Shown here piece after piece: positions 29,105 to 39,817 of a stretch of 64,000 bases of DNA. Source of the DNA: Candidatus Giovannonibacteria bacterium (GTDB lineage Bacteria > Patescibacteriota > Minisyncoccia > JACPKW01 > UBA11713); assembly GCA_016186825.1 (NCBI GenBank), contig JACPKW010000005.1, forward strand, positions 66,025-130,024, read 5' to 3'. The notes under the pieces were generated by a model that was not told the DNA's origin, made no database searches, and worked only from the letters and a program-made list of their open reading frames with translations. The translations under genes were made by a program, and so were the position numbers. Positions within the stretch are counted from its first letter, which is position 1. Every line of letters begins with the position of its first letter.

Positions 29105-30691
29105 ATGGCTTTCACCCGCAATTTCAAAAAAACTGTTTTGATTCTGCTTTTTATTTCGACCACAATTGTAATTGCAGCCGGAATCATATTTTTCAGGAAT
29201 AACCCTTACTTAACTCCTCAATATCTCCAGACTTATTTTTCATATTTCCGCTACCGTTTGGAATTCGCAGCTTCGAGCGGACAGGGCGCGCTCGCGGCAG
29301 TTTTTTTCTCAAATAGAAATCAAACGTATGTAAATAACGGCGAAGCCAAAGCCGTCCCCGTATTGCTTTATCACGGAGTAGTGCCCAAAGAAGATGGCAC
29401 AAATATCAGTGCAGAGAAATTTAAGGAGCAAATGTTTGCGCTTAAAAAAGCTGGCTATGAAACCGTGTCCTTAGCGGATCTCTACGCCTTTTTGAAAGGT
29501 GAAAAAAAATTGCCGGACAAATCATTTGTTCTGACCTTCGATGACGGCAGAAAAGACAGCTATTATCCCGTAGATCCGATTCTCCGCGCTCTGGATTATA
29601 GAGCAGTGATTTTTGTCGTCGCCAGTTTTTCAATAACGGATAAAAGTTCCTACTATCTGACAAAGGAAGAGGTAAAACAGATGATAAATTCCGGTCGCTG
29701 GGAAATAGGGTCGCACGGCAATAATTCGCATGAGCTCTATCCAGTCGACGCAGACGGAAAATCTGGGCAATTTTTTGCAAACCGCCTCTGGCTTGCTCGA
29801 GAAAGGCGCCTTGAAACACCCGAGGAATTCGAAACAAGAATCAAAAACGATTTAAGCGAGTCAAAAAAAGAACTGGCAAGTACTTTCGGAATCGAAATAA
29901 ATGAATTTGCTCTTCCTTTTGGCAATCTGGATTTAAACAGCGAAAACTTTCCAGAGTCTTCAAAAAAAGTTACAGCCGCGATAAAAGAAAACTATAGGCT
30001 CGCTTTCGTACAGTTTAATACCGATCTACGGTTCGAACAAAACACGCCCGCGCAAAGCCTTAAGCCCGCTGATAATTTTTTGGTAAAGAGAATCGAGCCT
30101 CATTTTGACTGGGACGGCAAAAAGCTTTTGGACAAGTTAAACCGCGGCAGTCCGAAACAGCTCCCGTTTGAAGATGATTTTTTTTCAGATCAGGGCTGGT
30201 ATTTTACCTGGGGCGAAGCAAATCAGCAAAACGGAATAATGGAGTTAAAACCGGCGCCGCGCGATACGGGAAGCGCCGCAATTCTCGACGGTACGGAAGT
30301 CTGGCAGAATTATACTTTCAAAGCCAGCGTTGATAACTTTTTAGGATCAAATATTTATCTTTGGGCAAGGTATAGGAACGATGATAACTATGTCGCCTGT
30401 AATTTCGGACGAGATAGGACGCATATCGATCAAAGAATCGCCGGCGAGACTCGAGTCATCAGAGGAGAACTTCTGGGAGTTCCGGTCCCCAGCAAAAATT
30501 TTGAAATCGCGATTGAGGCCAATGGACGGGATATTAAATGCCTGCTTAACGGGACGGTAATGGTAGAAAGTTTCTTCCTAAACCCCGAGTTATTCTCCGG
30601 TGGAATAGGAATTAAAGCCTGGGATGCTCTCCCTGAAAAAAGCTATGTAAAAATTAAATCTGTTGGAGTAAAAGAAATCCCGAAATCATGA
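29105..30691 (+). CDS. Polysaccharide deacetylase (PgaB/IcaB-like) with C-terminal beta-sandwich
   Basis: VPVLLYH, LTFDDG, EIGSH. Confidence 0.85.
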   Translation: MAFTRNFKKTVLILLFISTTIVIAAGIIFFRNNPYLTPQYLQTYFSYFRYRLEFAASSGQGALAAVFFSNRNQTYVNNGEAKAVPVLLYHGVVPKEDGTNISAEKFKEQMFALKKAGYETVSLADLYAFLKGEKKLPDKSFVLTFDDGRKDSYYPVDPILRALDYRAVIFVVASFSITDKSSYYLTKEEVKQMINSGRWEIGSHGNNSHELYPVDADGKSGQFFANRLWLARERRLETPEEFETRIKNDLSESKKELASTFGIEINEFALPFGNLDLNSENFPESSKKVTAAIKENYRLAFVQFNTDLRFEQNTPAQSLKPADNFLVKRIEPHFDWDGKKLLDKLNRGSPKQLPFEDDFFSDQGWYFTWGEANQQNGIMELKPAPRDTGSAAILDGTEVWQNYTFKASVDNFLGSNIYLWARYRNDDNYVACNFGRDRTHIDQRIAGETRVIRGELLGVPVPSKNFEIAIEANGRDIKCLLNGTVMVESFFLNPELFSGGIGIKAWDALPEKSYVKIKSVGVKEIPKS

Positions 30692-30792
30692 GCTGATAAC
30701 GCATATTTTTCATTAAACTGCGCGAGAGACCCCAAGCTACGGGGGTATTATTTCTTACAGGATAAAATTATAATGGGTGAAAGACTATTTTC

Positions 30793-31404
30793 ATGCTTGA
30801 TTTGAACCCCATTCTCGCGCTCCCCGTTTACTACCGCTATCTTGCGATCCTTCCAATCGCGATGCTGGAAGGCCCAATGATATCGGTGGCGTCAGGATTT
30901 CTTGTCAGTTTCGGAATATTAAATCCTTTTTTAATATATGCTGTTTTGGTTTTGGGTGATGTCCTGCCTGACATTGCATATTATTTTATTGGCCGCTTCG
31001 GCAAGAACAGAAAATTTTTCATAAATTATGTTTCCCGCCATGATACACTAGCGCGCCATTTGGCGCTCGCGGAAAAACTCTGGCGAGGGCACCCCGGAAA
31101 AACCATGCTTTTTACAAAGCTTGCATATGGACTCTCAACTCCGCTTTTGATCAGCGCGGGATTTACGAACATGAGCCCCAAAAAATTTATTTCAAAAGCA
31201 TTCCCCGTCACGCTCGGACAGCACTTGGTTACGATGTCAATCGGATATTATTTGGGCGAATCTTATGAAATTGCGTCGAAATATCTGGAAGGCGCGGGCT
31301 ATCTTGCGGCGGGCATCGTACTAATTTTTGCTCTCGCGTATTTGATTTTACAAAAATATGCCGCGCGCCAGATTAGGAAAATGGAAGAAAAAGACAAAGA
31401 GTAA
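30793..31404 (+). CDS. DedA/VTT family membrane protein
   Basis: EGP...GD...YFIGR, AG..M..KF motifs. Confidence 0.85.
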   Translation: MLDLNPILALPVYYRYLAILPIAMLEGPMISVASGFLVSFGILNPFLIYAVLVLGDVLPDIAYYFIGRFGKNRKFFINYVSRHDTLARHLALAEKLWRGHPGKTMLFTKLAYGLSTPLLISAGFTNMSPKKFISKAFPVTLGQHLVTMSIGYYLGESYEIASKYLEGAGYLAAGIVLIFALAYLILQKYAARQIRKMEEKDKE

Positions 31405-32591
31405 TGAAAATAGCTTTTTTTGCAGACAATTTCTACCCCGAATTAAGCGGGATAGCGGATACCATCAGCTTAACCGGAGCGGAGCTCGCTAGGCGGGGGC
31501 ATGAAATTCATTTTTTTGTTCCGCGTTACTCCGCTAAAGATTATGAAATTGCCAAGGCTCCGCGAATCGAACTATTCTCTCGAGAAAAAAATATTCTAAT
31601 CCACCGAATGCGTTCGTTTAAATATCCCACACCCACCATGCAGGGACGATCCGTAATTCCGCGCTTATTTGCGGGATTTTTTTCTAAAGAAAAATTCGAT
31701 ATTCTGCACACTCACAGTTTTTTCGGCCCCGGGCTTGATGCTTTTTTTTATTCCAGAATCAAAAAAATCCCGCTTGTGGGCACAAACCACACCATCATCG
31801 AGGAATTCATGGACTATAGTCCGATAAAAGCGGCCTGGATGAAAGAAGCAATGCGGAAATACGTGCGCTGGTATTACAGCCGCTGTAAAAAAATTTCCAC
31901 GCCTTCCAATTTTCTTGCAAATGATATGAGGGACAACGGCTTTAAAGTTCCAAGCGAGGTAATTTCAAATCCGATCGCGCCCGAATTTTACGGAAATAAA
32001 ATGCCAAATCTCAAAGAAAAATTCGGGTTTAAACCTTTTACAACTCTATATGCCGGAAGAATTTCAGAAGAAAAAGGGGTTTTGACCCTATTTGATGCTT
32101 TTATTCCGTTCGCAAAAAAAAATCCTGAAGTAGGCCTGGTGCTCGTAGGTCAAGGCACGCTTAGAAAAATTCTTGAAAAAAAAGCTAAAGAAAGCGCTGT
32201 TTCAAGCCAGATAACATTCAGAGGGCCATTCTGGGGCGAGCAGAAAAAAGATTTTTTCGACATTTTCAGGGCATGCGATCTTTTTGTCGCGCCGTCGAGA
32301 GCTGAAAGCCAATGTATGAGCATGTTTCAAGCCATGGCTTCCGGAACTGCTGTAATCGGCGCTAACGCCGCGGCAATCCCCGAGTTCATTACTTCCGAGC
32401 GGGGCTTATTATTTACTCCTGGAAATGCGCGAGAGCTTGAAGCACGCCTTGACGCAATTTATAAAAATCCAAAACTTCGCTCCGATTTGTCAAAAAATGC
32501 CGAAAGTTTCGCAAAAAATTTTTCAGTCGATCAAATAGCAAATAAGTGGGAAAACTTTTATAGTGAGGTAGTGTCTCAATATGGAAAATAA
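31404..32591 (+). CDS. GT4 glycosyltransferase (diacylglycerol glucosyltransferase-like)
   Basis: FFADNFYPELSG, GTNHT, YAGRISEEK. Confidence 0.85.
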   Translation: MKIAFFADNFYPELSGIADTISLTGAELARRGHEIHFFVPRYSAKDYEIAKAPRIELFSREKNILIHRMRSFKYPTPTMQGRSVIPRLFAGFFSKEKFDILHTHSFFGPGLDAFFYSRIKKIPLVGTNHTIIEEFMDYSPIKAAWMKEAMRKYVRWYYSRCKKISTPSNFLANDMRDNGFKVPSEVISNPIAPEFYGNKMPNLKEKFGFKPFTTLYAGRISEEKGVLTLFDAFIPFAKKNPEVGLVLVGQGTLRKILEKKAKESAVSSQITFRGPFWGEQKKDFFDIFRACDLFVAPSRAESQCMSMFQAMASGTAVIGANAAAIPEFITSERGLLFTPGNARELEARLDAIYKNPKLRSDLSKNAESFAKNFSVDQIANKWENFYSEVVSQYGK

Positions 32592-33306
32592 GCTTAGAGT
32601 CAGCCTCGTTATTCCCGCTCATAACGAAGAAAAATATATTGCCAACTGCTTAAGCGCCGCGATAAAAAACTCACGAGGGCGATTTTTCGAAATTATGGTT
32701 ATCGACAATGCATCATCCGACCGGACAGGCGATGAAGCCAGTAAATTCCCCGGCGTTAGAGTCGTGCGCGAAGAAAAAAAAGGGTTGACGCAAGCGCGAG
32801 AGCGCGGCTTTCAGGAAGCAAGGGGCGATATTCTCGCCTATATTGACGCGGACACTCTGATGCCGGAACATTGGTTCGAAATACTTGAAAAGGAATTTGA
32901 AACGCACAAGAATCTCGCCGCTTTGAGCGGTCCTTACGATTATTACGACGTGCCAAAGTGGCAAAGGCTGCTCATAAAATGTTACTGGACTATTTCTGGG
33001 CTGCTTGCTTATCGCATTGCCGGCTATCTCGTTGTCGGAGGCAATTTCGCAATCAAAAGAGATATATTGGAAAAAATGCATGGGTTTGATACTTCAATTG
33101 CTTTCTACGGCGAGGACACAAATATTGCGCGCAGAGCCAGCAAATTCGGGAAGGTAAAATTCCTGCCAAAGTTTTTTATTTATACTTCGGGCAGAAGATT
33201 CCATGGGCAAGGGTTTTTTAAAACCGCAGTGATTTATACCGCAAACTTTTTTTCAGAAGCTATAATTCATAAACCCATTACCAAAAAATATAAAGATATC
33301 CGATGA
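32581..33306 (+). CDS. GT2 glycosyltransferase
   Basis: IPAHNEE, IDAD, GGNF, YGEDT, TSGRR. Confidence 0.9.
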   Translation: MENKLRVSLVIPAHNEEKYIANCLSAAIKNSRGRFFEIMVIDNASSDRTGDEASKFPGVRVVREEKKGLTQARERGFQEARGDILAYIDADTLMPEHWFEILEKEFETHKNLAALSGPYDYYDVPKWQRLLIKCYWTISGLLAYRIAGYLVVGGNFAIKRDILEKMHGFDTSIAFYGEDTNIARRASKFGKVKFLPKFFIYTSGRRFHGQGFFKTAVIYTANFFSEAIIHKPITKKYKDIR

Positions 33307-33950
33307 TACAAAAATTCAAATCAAAATACTTGCTTTACTTTAAAGATTCCGGTTTTTTAATTTCATTTATAGCAGGGATTTTAATGCTCGGGGCAAGCTT
33401 TGTGATAAATTTTTACGCCGCGATTTACTCGGCCACGCGGGCATCGAATTCAGTGACAGATATAGTTTTAAGCAATATTCCGGTTTATGACGTAGACGGC
33501 ACTTTTATTTACGGTCCGATGATTTTTTGGACATTCATAATTACTTTTTGCATCACAGAGCCTAAAAGAGCTCCCTTTGTTTTAAAAAGCATCGCTCTTT
33601 TTATTTTAATCCGTTCGATTTTTATAAGCCTTACGCATATCGGCCCAGACCCTACTCAAATTGAAATCAGCTCGAGCATTATAAGAAAATTTTCTTCGGG
33701 GGCTGACCTTTTCTTTTCCGCGCATACTGGTCTTCCCTTTTTAATGGCCCTCGTATTTTGGAACCACAAAGTTGTTAGAATTTTGTCCGTTCTCACAGCA
33801 ATTTTCTTCGGAATCGTTGTGCTCGCGGGGCATCTTCATTATTCAATTGATGTTGTCTCCGCTTTCTTTATAACTTATTCGATCTTCCGGCTTGCGGAAA
33901 TATTTTTTCCAAAAGACCGTGTTCTTTTGTCAGATGGAATTCAAACTTAA
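33303..33950 (+). CDS. PAP2-superfamily membrane protein (sphingomyelin-synthase-like C-terminus)
   Basis: DLFFSAHT and HYSIDV motifs; about 6 TM segments. Confidence 0.8.
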   Translation: MIQKFKSKYLLYFKDSGFLISFIAGILMLGASFVINFYAAIYSATRASNSVTDIVLSNIPVYDVDGTFIYGPMIFWTFIITFCITEPKRAPFVLKSIALFILIRSIFISLTHIGPDPTQIEISSSIIRKFSSGADLFFSAHTGLPFLMALVFWNHKVVRILSVLTAIFFGIVVLAGHLHYSIDVVSAFFITYSIFRLAEIFFPKDRVLLSDGIQT

Positions 33951-34025
33951 ATTAAAATACAACAAAGAAACAAGAAAATTCAGTCAAGGATTGTAATTAT
34001 AAAAATTGGCAACTAAAGTGCAAAC

Positions 34026-36452
34026 ATGAAGAGGATCGTGAATCTCGATAGAATTACTTCAGAGCAACTTCAAATAAAAAGCCGGAGCGCTTACGCCGGG
34101 CTGATCATTCTGATTGCCGTCGCGTATTTTTTAGCTGGAAAATTGGGTCTCCGTTCCGCATTAATTAACCCGCATACGAGCGCGCTCTGGCCTGTTTCTG
34201 GTATCGCGCTCTCGACCGTTTTGCTTCTGGGCTACAAAGTTCTGCCGGGAATTTTTTTAGGAGCGTTTTTTGTTTTCCTCACAACATCAGGAAGTGTTTA
34301 CGCTTCTTTCGCAATCGCTGTAGGAAACACCCTCGAAATTCTCGTTGCTTCTTTTCTCGCCAATAAATACGGCGGAGGAAAATTCGCATTCACAAAGAGA
34401 AATAATATTTTTGTCTTCGCCTCACTCGCGGGCGCGTTGAGCCCCATCATCGGCGCAACTATTGGCACTGTAACGCTTGTGTCTTTCGGCTTCACCGATC
34501 TAGCGAATTTTTGGGTGATTTGGGTTACATGGTGGGTCGGAACTATGGGTGGCATCTTGGTCGTAAGTCCTCTTATACTTCTTTGGACTACCTGCGGCCG
34601 AGTTAAATGGACCTACGAAGATGCTATAAAAGACATCCTGGTTCTGATTCTAACTTTTTTTATCTCGTTTGGCATTTTCGGCGGATATTTCAACTTAAGC
34701 TCTTACAACTACCCTCTTTCATATGTATTATTTCCAATTTTGATCTTGGCGGCTTTCAAATCCGGACGACGTGTAACGATAACTGCGAATGTAATAGTGT
34801 CTACTATCGCGATTTGGGGGACACTGCAGGGCTACGGCCCTTTTGGAAGCATTACCTATAACTATTCGGTTATTCTGCTTGCAGGATATTTAGCGACAAT
34901 CACGCTCACCTCAACCGCAGTCGCGGCAGAAGTTTCCACCCGCCATAGGCATGAAAAACGCTTCCAGGCATTGATTGAGAACAGTTTCGATGCCATGCTC
35001 TTAGTTGAGCGTAAGAAAATAAAATATGCGAGCCCTTCATCTTTAAATGTCCTTGGACACAAATCTGATAAACTAATAGACACAGATCTAATCGAGATAA
35101 TCCACGAAAGCGACCGAGAACTTGTTTTGAAAGTATTAGAGGATATCGAGAAAAATCATACAGACGACTTCGAAGTTTTTGAAGCGCGGGTAGAAAAACC
35201 CAACGGTTCCTGGATCTGGACCGAAGCAACAGCTGCAAACCTGATAAAGGATCCCTTCGTGCGCTCAGTTGTTATAAACTTTCACGATATAACCGATGAA
35301 AAAGAAGCAAAAGAAATTTTTCTGAAATATTACGACGCGCTGGTCCAAGAAAAAGCAAAAATTGAAACTTTGCTTGCAAGCATAGGAGATATAATAGTTG
35401 CGACCGACCACAGCGGAAAAATCATTCTCGCAAACAAGGCATTTGAAGAACAAATGGGTTGGAAAGTTGAAGAAGTCCTAAATGAGCAAATTCACGATGT
35501 TATTCCAATGGATTTAGTCGAAACTCCCGATGAAGAAATTTATGAGAACCTGCGGCCGCTGGAAAAGGCGTTAAGTTCTCAAAAAAAGTTTTCGGGTTCG
35601 TATTATATTTCGCGTAAAAACGGATCTAAATTTCCTGCGATTGTTACAGCTTCCCCCGTGATATTTGAAGGCAACCTGATCGGTGGTATAAAAGTTATTC
35701 ATGATGTCTCGCGGGAAAAAGAAATCGACCGCGCGAAAAGCGAATTCATCGCGCTTGCTTCCCATCAGCTTAGAACGCCCCTAACGATTGTAAGCTGGAG
35801 CGCAGAAATGGTTCTAAAAAATTTCAAAACTCTTGACTCTAGAAAGAAAAAAGAATATCTTCAAAAAATTTATGATGCGAACCAACGGATGATTCATCTT
35901 ACAGACGCGCTCCTGAATGTTTCAAGAATCGAAATGGGCACTTACATACTGGAGCCTGTCCCAACAAATATAGTAAAAATAGCAAAGACAGTGCTCGATG
36001 AAAGTTCGCGCGAGATTGAAACCAAAAAAATAAAAGTGGAGACTAGTTTTGCAAAAATGCCCCGTTTGAACGTGGATCCGAATCTCACGAGGATTATTTT
36101 TCAAAATTTAATTTCCAATGCCGCCAAATATACTCCGGCCAAAGGACGCATAAAAATTTCAGTTGAACTGAAAGAGGAAGAAGAGCAGGAGGTGCTAATT
36201 CGCGTTGAAGATACGGGCTACGGCATTCCATTAAACCAGCAGCCGATGATTTTAACGAAACTTTTCCGCGCAGATAACATCAAAGAAGTTGATACAAACG
36301 GGACCGGGCTCGGACTTTACATCGTTAAGTCCATTTTGGAGCGAATCGGCGGAAAAATATGGTTCGAATCAATGGAAAACAGAGGCAGTACATTTTATGT
36401 AACCATGCCGCTTTCTATGCCGGAGAAAAAAGGCACAAAAGCTTTGATTTGA
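34026..36452 (+). CDS. MASE1-PAS-PAS sensor histidine kinase
   Basis: LWPVSGIAL (MASE1), SHQLRTPL, NAAKY, DTGYGI, GTGLGL. Confidence 0.92.
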   Translation: MKRIVNLDRITSEQLQIKSRSAYAGLIILIAVAYFLAGKLGLRSALINPHTSALWPVSGIALSTVLLLGYKVLPGIFLGAFFVFLTTSGSVYASFAIAVGNTLEILVASFLANKYGGGKFAFTKRNNIFVFASLAGALSPIIGATIGTVTLVSFGFTDLANFWVIWVTWWVGTMGGILVVSPLILLWTTCGRVKWTYEDAIKDILVLILTFFISFGIFGGYFNLSSYNYPLSYVLFPILILAAFKSGRRVTITANVIVSTIAIWGTLQGYGPFGSITYNYSVILLAGYLATITLTSTAVAAEVSTRHRHEKRFQALIENSFDAMLLVERKKIKYASPSSLNVLGHKSDKLIDTDLIEIIHESDRELVLKVLEDIEKNHTDDFEVFEARVEKPNGSWIWTEATAANLIKDPFVRSVVINFHDITDEKEAKEIFLKYYDALVQEKAKIETLLASIGDIIVATDHSGKIILANKAFEEQMGWKVEEVLNEQIHDVIPMDLVETPDEEIYENLRPLEKALSSQKKFSGSYYISRKNGSKFPAIVTASPVIFEGNLIGGIKVIHDVSREKEIDRAKSEFIALASHQLRTPLTIVSWSAEMVLKNFKTLDSRKKKEYLQKIYDANQRMIHLTDALLNVSRIEMGTYILEPVPTNIVKIAKTVLDESSREIETKKIKVETSFAKMPRLNVDPNLTRIIFQNLISNAAKYTPAKGRIKISVELKEEEEQEVLIRVEDTGYGIPLNQQPMILTKLFRADNIKEVDTNGTGLGLYIVKSILERIGGKIWFESMENRGSTFYVTMPLSMPEKKGTKALI

Positions 36453-36458
36453 ATCAAC

Positions 36459-37655
36459 TCAATATCCCTCAAGCCTTTTTGCCTTTTCGTGATCGCGAAT
36501 GCGCATCAAAGCTTTAGCTTCAATCTGCCGTATGCGCTCGCGCGTAACCCCGAATTCCTTGCCCACTTCTTCCAGCGTGTGAGATATCCCATCGTCTAGA
36601 CCGAAACGCATGCGCAAAATTTTCTGCTCGCGCGGCGAAAGATCGTTTAATATTTCTTTTACCTGGTCTCTTAAGAGACGCCGCGCCGCTTCCTGCACAG
36701 GGGAAAGAATTTTTTCATCTTCAATAAAATCGCCCAAAAGGGAATCTTCTTCGTCCTCTCCCACAGGCTGTTCCAAAGAAACCGTATCCTGCGAAATTTT
36801 TTGAATATGTCGGATTTTCGAAACATCGATGTTCATTTCTGTCGCGATCTCTTCGGCAAGCGGCTCGCGTCCCAAATCTTGAGTTAGTCTACGGACAACC
36901 TGCTGATATTTTGAAATCGTCTCAACCATGTGCACTGGAATTCGAATCGTTCGCGCCTGATCGGCGAGCGCGCGCGTGATTGCCTGTCTAATCCACCAAG
37001 TGGCATACGTTGAAAATTTAAAGCCTTTGCGCCAGTCAAATTTTTCGACCGCTCTGAAAAGGCCAAGGTTCCCTTCCTGAATTAAATCCAGAAGCGTTAA
37101 ATTCGCCGAACGGCCAACATACTTTTTTGCGATAGAAACAACGAGACGCAAATTGGCCTGGGCAAGTTTGTTTTTTGCTTCCTCGTCACCCTTTTCAATT
37201 CTTTTTGCAAGTTCTTTCTCTTCATCCGCTTTAATCAACGAAATCCGTCCAATTTCACGCAGGTACATTTGAACGGAATCGGAAGTAAATTGGTCAGTGC
37301 TTTCCTCCGCACGAGCTTCTCCGCGTTTCGGTTTTTCCTTAACCTCAAGAACTTCCCTCCCTTCGAGCACATCAACTCCTGCAGTTTGGAGCTGATTATA
37401 GAGACCATCCAAAAAAACAATATTGTCTTCAATGTTCGGAAAATTGTTCAGAATCTCGGCGTAAGTTACAAACCCGCGCGTTTTACCACGAGTAATCAGT
37501 TCAGTAATTTTTCCCTGTGAAAATTCATCTTTCTTCTTCTTTGCGGGCGTAGCTGCACCTTTTTGGGTTCTTTTTTTGGGAACGGTCTTATTGGGTTTTT
37601 TTGCGGAAATCCGTTTCGTTTTTTTATGGATTTTTTTCTTTTTTGTCTTTGGCAT
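36459..37655 (-). CDS. rpoD: RNA polymerase primary sigma factor
   Basis: [46 protein letters not shown]. Confidence 0.96.
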   Translation of the reverse strand: MPKTKKKKIHKKTKRISAKKPNKTVPKKRTQKGAATPAKKKKDEFSQGKITELITRGKTRGFVTYAEILNNFPNIEDNIVFLDGLYNQLQTAGVDVLEGREVLEVKEKPKRGEARAEESTDQFTSDSVQMYLREIGRISLIKADEEKELAKRIEKGDEEAKNKLAQANLRLVVSIAKKYVGRSANLTLLDLIQEGNLGLFRAVEKFDWRKGFKFSTYATWWIRQAITRALADQARTIRIPVHMVETISKYQQVVRRLTQDLGREPLAEEIATEMNIDVSKIRHIQKISQDTVSLEQPVGEDEEDSLLGDFIEDEKILSPVQEAARRLLRDQVKEILNDLSPREQKILRMRFGLDDGISHTLEEVGKEFGVTRERIRQIEAKALMRIRDHEKAKRLEGY

Positions 37656-39376
37656 TACTTATTTAAATTTTTTGATAAAACTTTAAATTCCTCAAGAGCT
37701 CGCTCTAACTTTGCCGAGTCTTTGAGAGCCTCGAATTTTTTTATGTCAACGGCAAGCGCTTCAAGTTTTGCCTTTAACTCCTCTTTCTTGAGCCCTTCCA
37801 TCAGTATAGCGAATTCTTTGTCTAAATGCTCCATCTCACCATAAAGAAGTTCGGCTTCAAGCGCAAGCTTATCAAGCTCTGTGCAAGTTTCCGGCTTCGC
37901 ATCTTCAACCCCAAACGCCGCCTTAAGTAATTCGCGGCGGGGAAAAGAAAAAAATTCAATCATCTCTGAAATATTGGTGGATATGGATGCTCCTTTTTTC
38001 CAAAAAATAATTCCAATAATCTGCTCTTCCAAAAGATCGCGGCGGTTCTTAATTTTTTTTATCTCGGAGAAGGTCTCGGGATAATCTTCAGTTTTGATCT
38101 GAATTTTTTTCACTTCGCTCCAAACCGGCTCCTCTTTGATGCCTAAACTTTTCGCGATCTCCGCAACCCAGTGCGCCTTTTCAATTTCATTTTGAACTGC
38201 TTTCACATACGGCAGCACAAGCGCACTTACTTTGCTTTTATATTCGAGCGGATTCGAGGAAAATTTTTTCTGCAGGCTCGAGAGAAAAAAAGAAATTACC
38301 GGCACCGCTTTTTTAACTGCCGCCACCCACGCTTCGGAATTATCTTTAATTAAGTCAGCCGGATCCTTGCCATGTTCGATTTCTATTATATTGACTGAAA
38401 AACTTTCTTTAAGCGCGAGGTCCACTCCCCGCTTTGTCGCAAGCCCTCCGGCCTCATCAGTATCAAACGCTAAAAGCAGTCTTGAGGTCAGCCGCTTAAT
38501 CAACTGTAAATGGCCTTGCCCTAGGGCTGTTCCGGAAACCGCGATTACATTTTTGATTCCCGCCTGATGCGACATTAGCGCGTCCATCTGTCCTTCCACG
38601 ATGATGCAAGCATCCTCTTTTCTTATTTCGCCTTTCGCGCGATCCCAGAGATAAAGTACCCGCGATTTATCGTAAAGCATTGTCTGCGGGGTGTTGATGT
38701 ATTTAGCTTCGTCATCCGCGCCTTCGCCGAAGATGCGTCCCGAAAAACCGACTGTTCTCCCGGCCCCGTCAGCAATAGGGAACATGATGCGGCCGCGAAA
38801 ACGATCGTAAAATTTTCTGCGTTCGCTTGAGGGCGCTTGGCTTATTATCGCGAGTCCAGCTTTTTCAATTTCTTCATCCCGGAATCCCTTCGAATTCAAA
38901 TAATTTAATACCCCTTCCCAGCTTTTTTCCGCGTAACCCAAAGAATAAGAAGATATGGTCTCTTCTTTTAATCCCCTTTTGATTAAATAATCTCTGACAT
39001 CCGGATATTTGTTTAGATTACCCGAAAAATATTTTTGCGCCGATTCCATTAAATCTAAAGAGCGCTTTCTTTGAGTAAGCAGTTTCGGATCGCTTCTTTT
39101 CAAAACCACGCCCGCTCTCGAGGCCAAAAGCTCAAGCGCTTCGGGAAATTCAACCCCCTCAATCTGCATTACAAATCTGAAAATATCTCCGCCTGCGCCA
39201 CACCCGAAACAATGCCAGATTTCCCGTGAAGGAGAGACATAAAAAGAAGGCGTTTTTTCCTTATGAAAAGGGCAAACCGCCTTAAAATTCGCTCCAGATT
39301 TAACAAGTCGAATATAAGAGCCCACAACATCTACTACCGAAAGCCGGGCTTTGATATCCTCCACTGGTGAAGCCAT
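37655..39376 (-). CDS. dnaG: DNA primase
   Basis: CPFH.EKTPSF Zn finger, [20 protein letters not shown]. Confidence 0.97.
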   Translation of the reverse strand: MASPVEDIKARLSVVDVVGSYIRLVKSGANFKAVCPFHKEKTPSFYVSPSREIWHCFGCGAGGDIFRFVMQIEGVEFPEALELLASRAGVVLKRSDPKLLTQRKRSLDLMESAQKYFSGNLNKYPDVRDYLIKRGLKEETISSYSLGYAEKSWEGVLNYLNSKGFRDEEIEKAGLAIISQAPSSERRKFYDRFRGRIMFPIADGAGRTVGFSGRIFGEGADDEAKYINTPQTMLYDKSRVLYLWDRAKGEIRKEDACIIVEGQMDALMSHQAGIKNVIAVSGTALGQGHLQLIKRLTSRLLLAFDTDEAGGLATKRGVDLALKESFSVNIIEIEHGKDPADLIKDNSEAWVAAVKKAVPVISFFLSSLQKKFSSNPLEYKSKVSALVLPYVKAVQNEIEKAHWVAEIAKSLGIKEEPVWSEVKKIQIKTEDYPETFSEIKKIKNRRDLLEEQIIGIIFWKKGASISTNISEMIEFFSFPRRELLKAAFGVEDAKPETCTELDKLALEAELLYGEMEHLDKEFAILMEGLKKEELKAKLEALAVDIKKFEALKDSAKLERALEEFKVLSKNLNK

Positions 39377-39407
39377 AGATAGATTTTAGACGATTATAAA
39401 AAGAAGT

Positions 39408-39752
39408 CTATTTCTTTTCATTCTTATCCTGATCTTTTTTATTCTCTTTTTTAATAAGAGTGGAAACGGCACCGCCAAAGATAACGAGCGCTACCAATAC
39501 GATGGAAATCTTTTTAAAATCTCCGAATGCGCTCAAAAATAAGCGGACTCCCGAATAGATTACAGCAAAATTGAGAACCCAGACTCCAAGCGCAAACATT
39601 CTGTATCCTTCTTCGAAGCGTTGTTTAAGGAGAGAGAATGTTTTAACAAAAAAAACCAGCGCGACGATAATAATTGCAGCCGCCCACAAAATGCCAAAAT
39701 AATATACGAGCGATCCCGCAAAATTCGGAGATTTTATTTCGATTCCGTTCAC
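39408..39752 (-). CDS. Hypothetical membrane protein
   Basis: Three hydrophobic segments. Confidence 0.6.
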   Translation of the reverse strand: MNGIEIKSPNFAGSLVYYFGILWAAAIIIVALVFFVKTFSLLKQRFEEGYRMFALGVWVLNFAVIYSGVRLFLSAFGDFKKISIVLVALVIFGGAVSTLIKKENKKDQDKNEKK

Positions 39753-39817
39753 AATGCAATTATATCATTACCAGATAATGAGCCTAAATCTATTGTGCTG
39801 TAGAAAAAATCCCGTAT

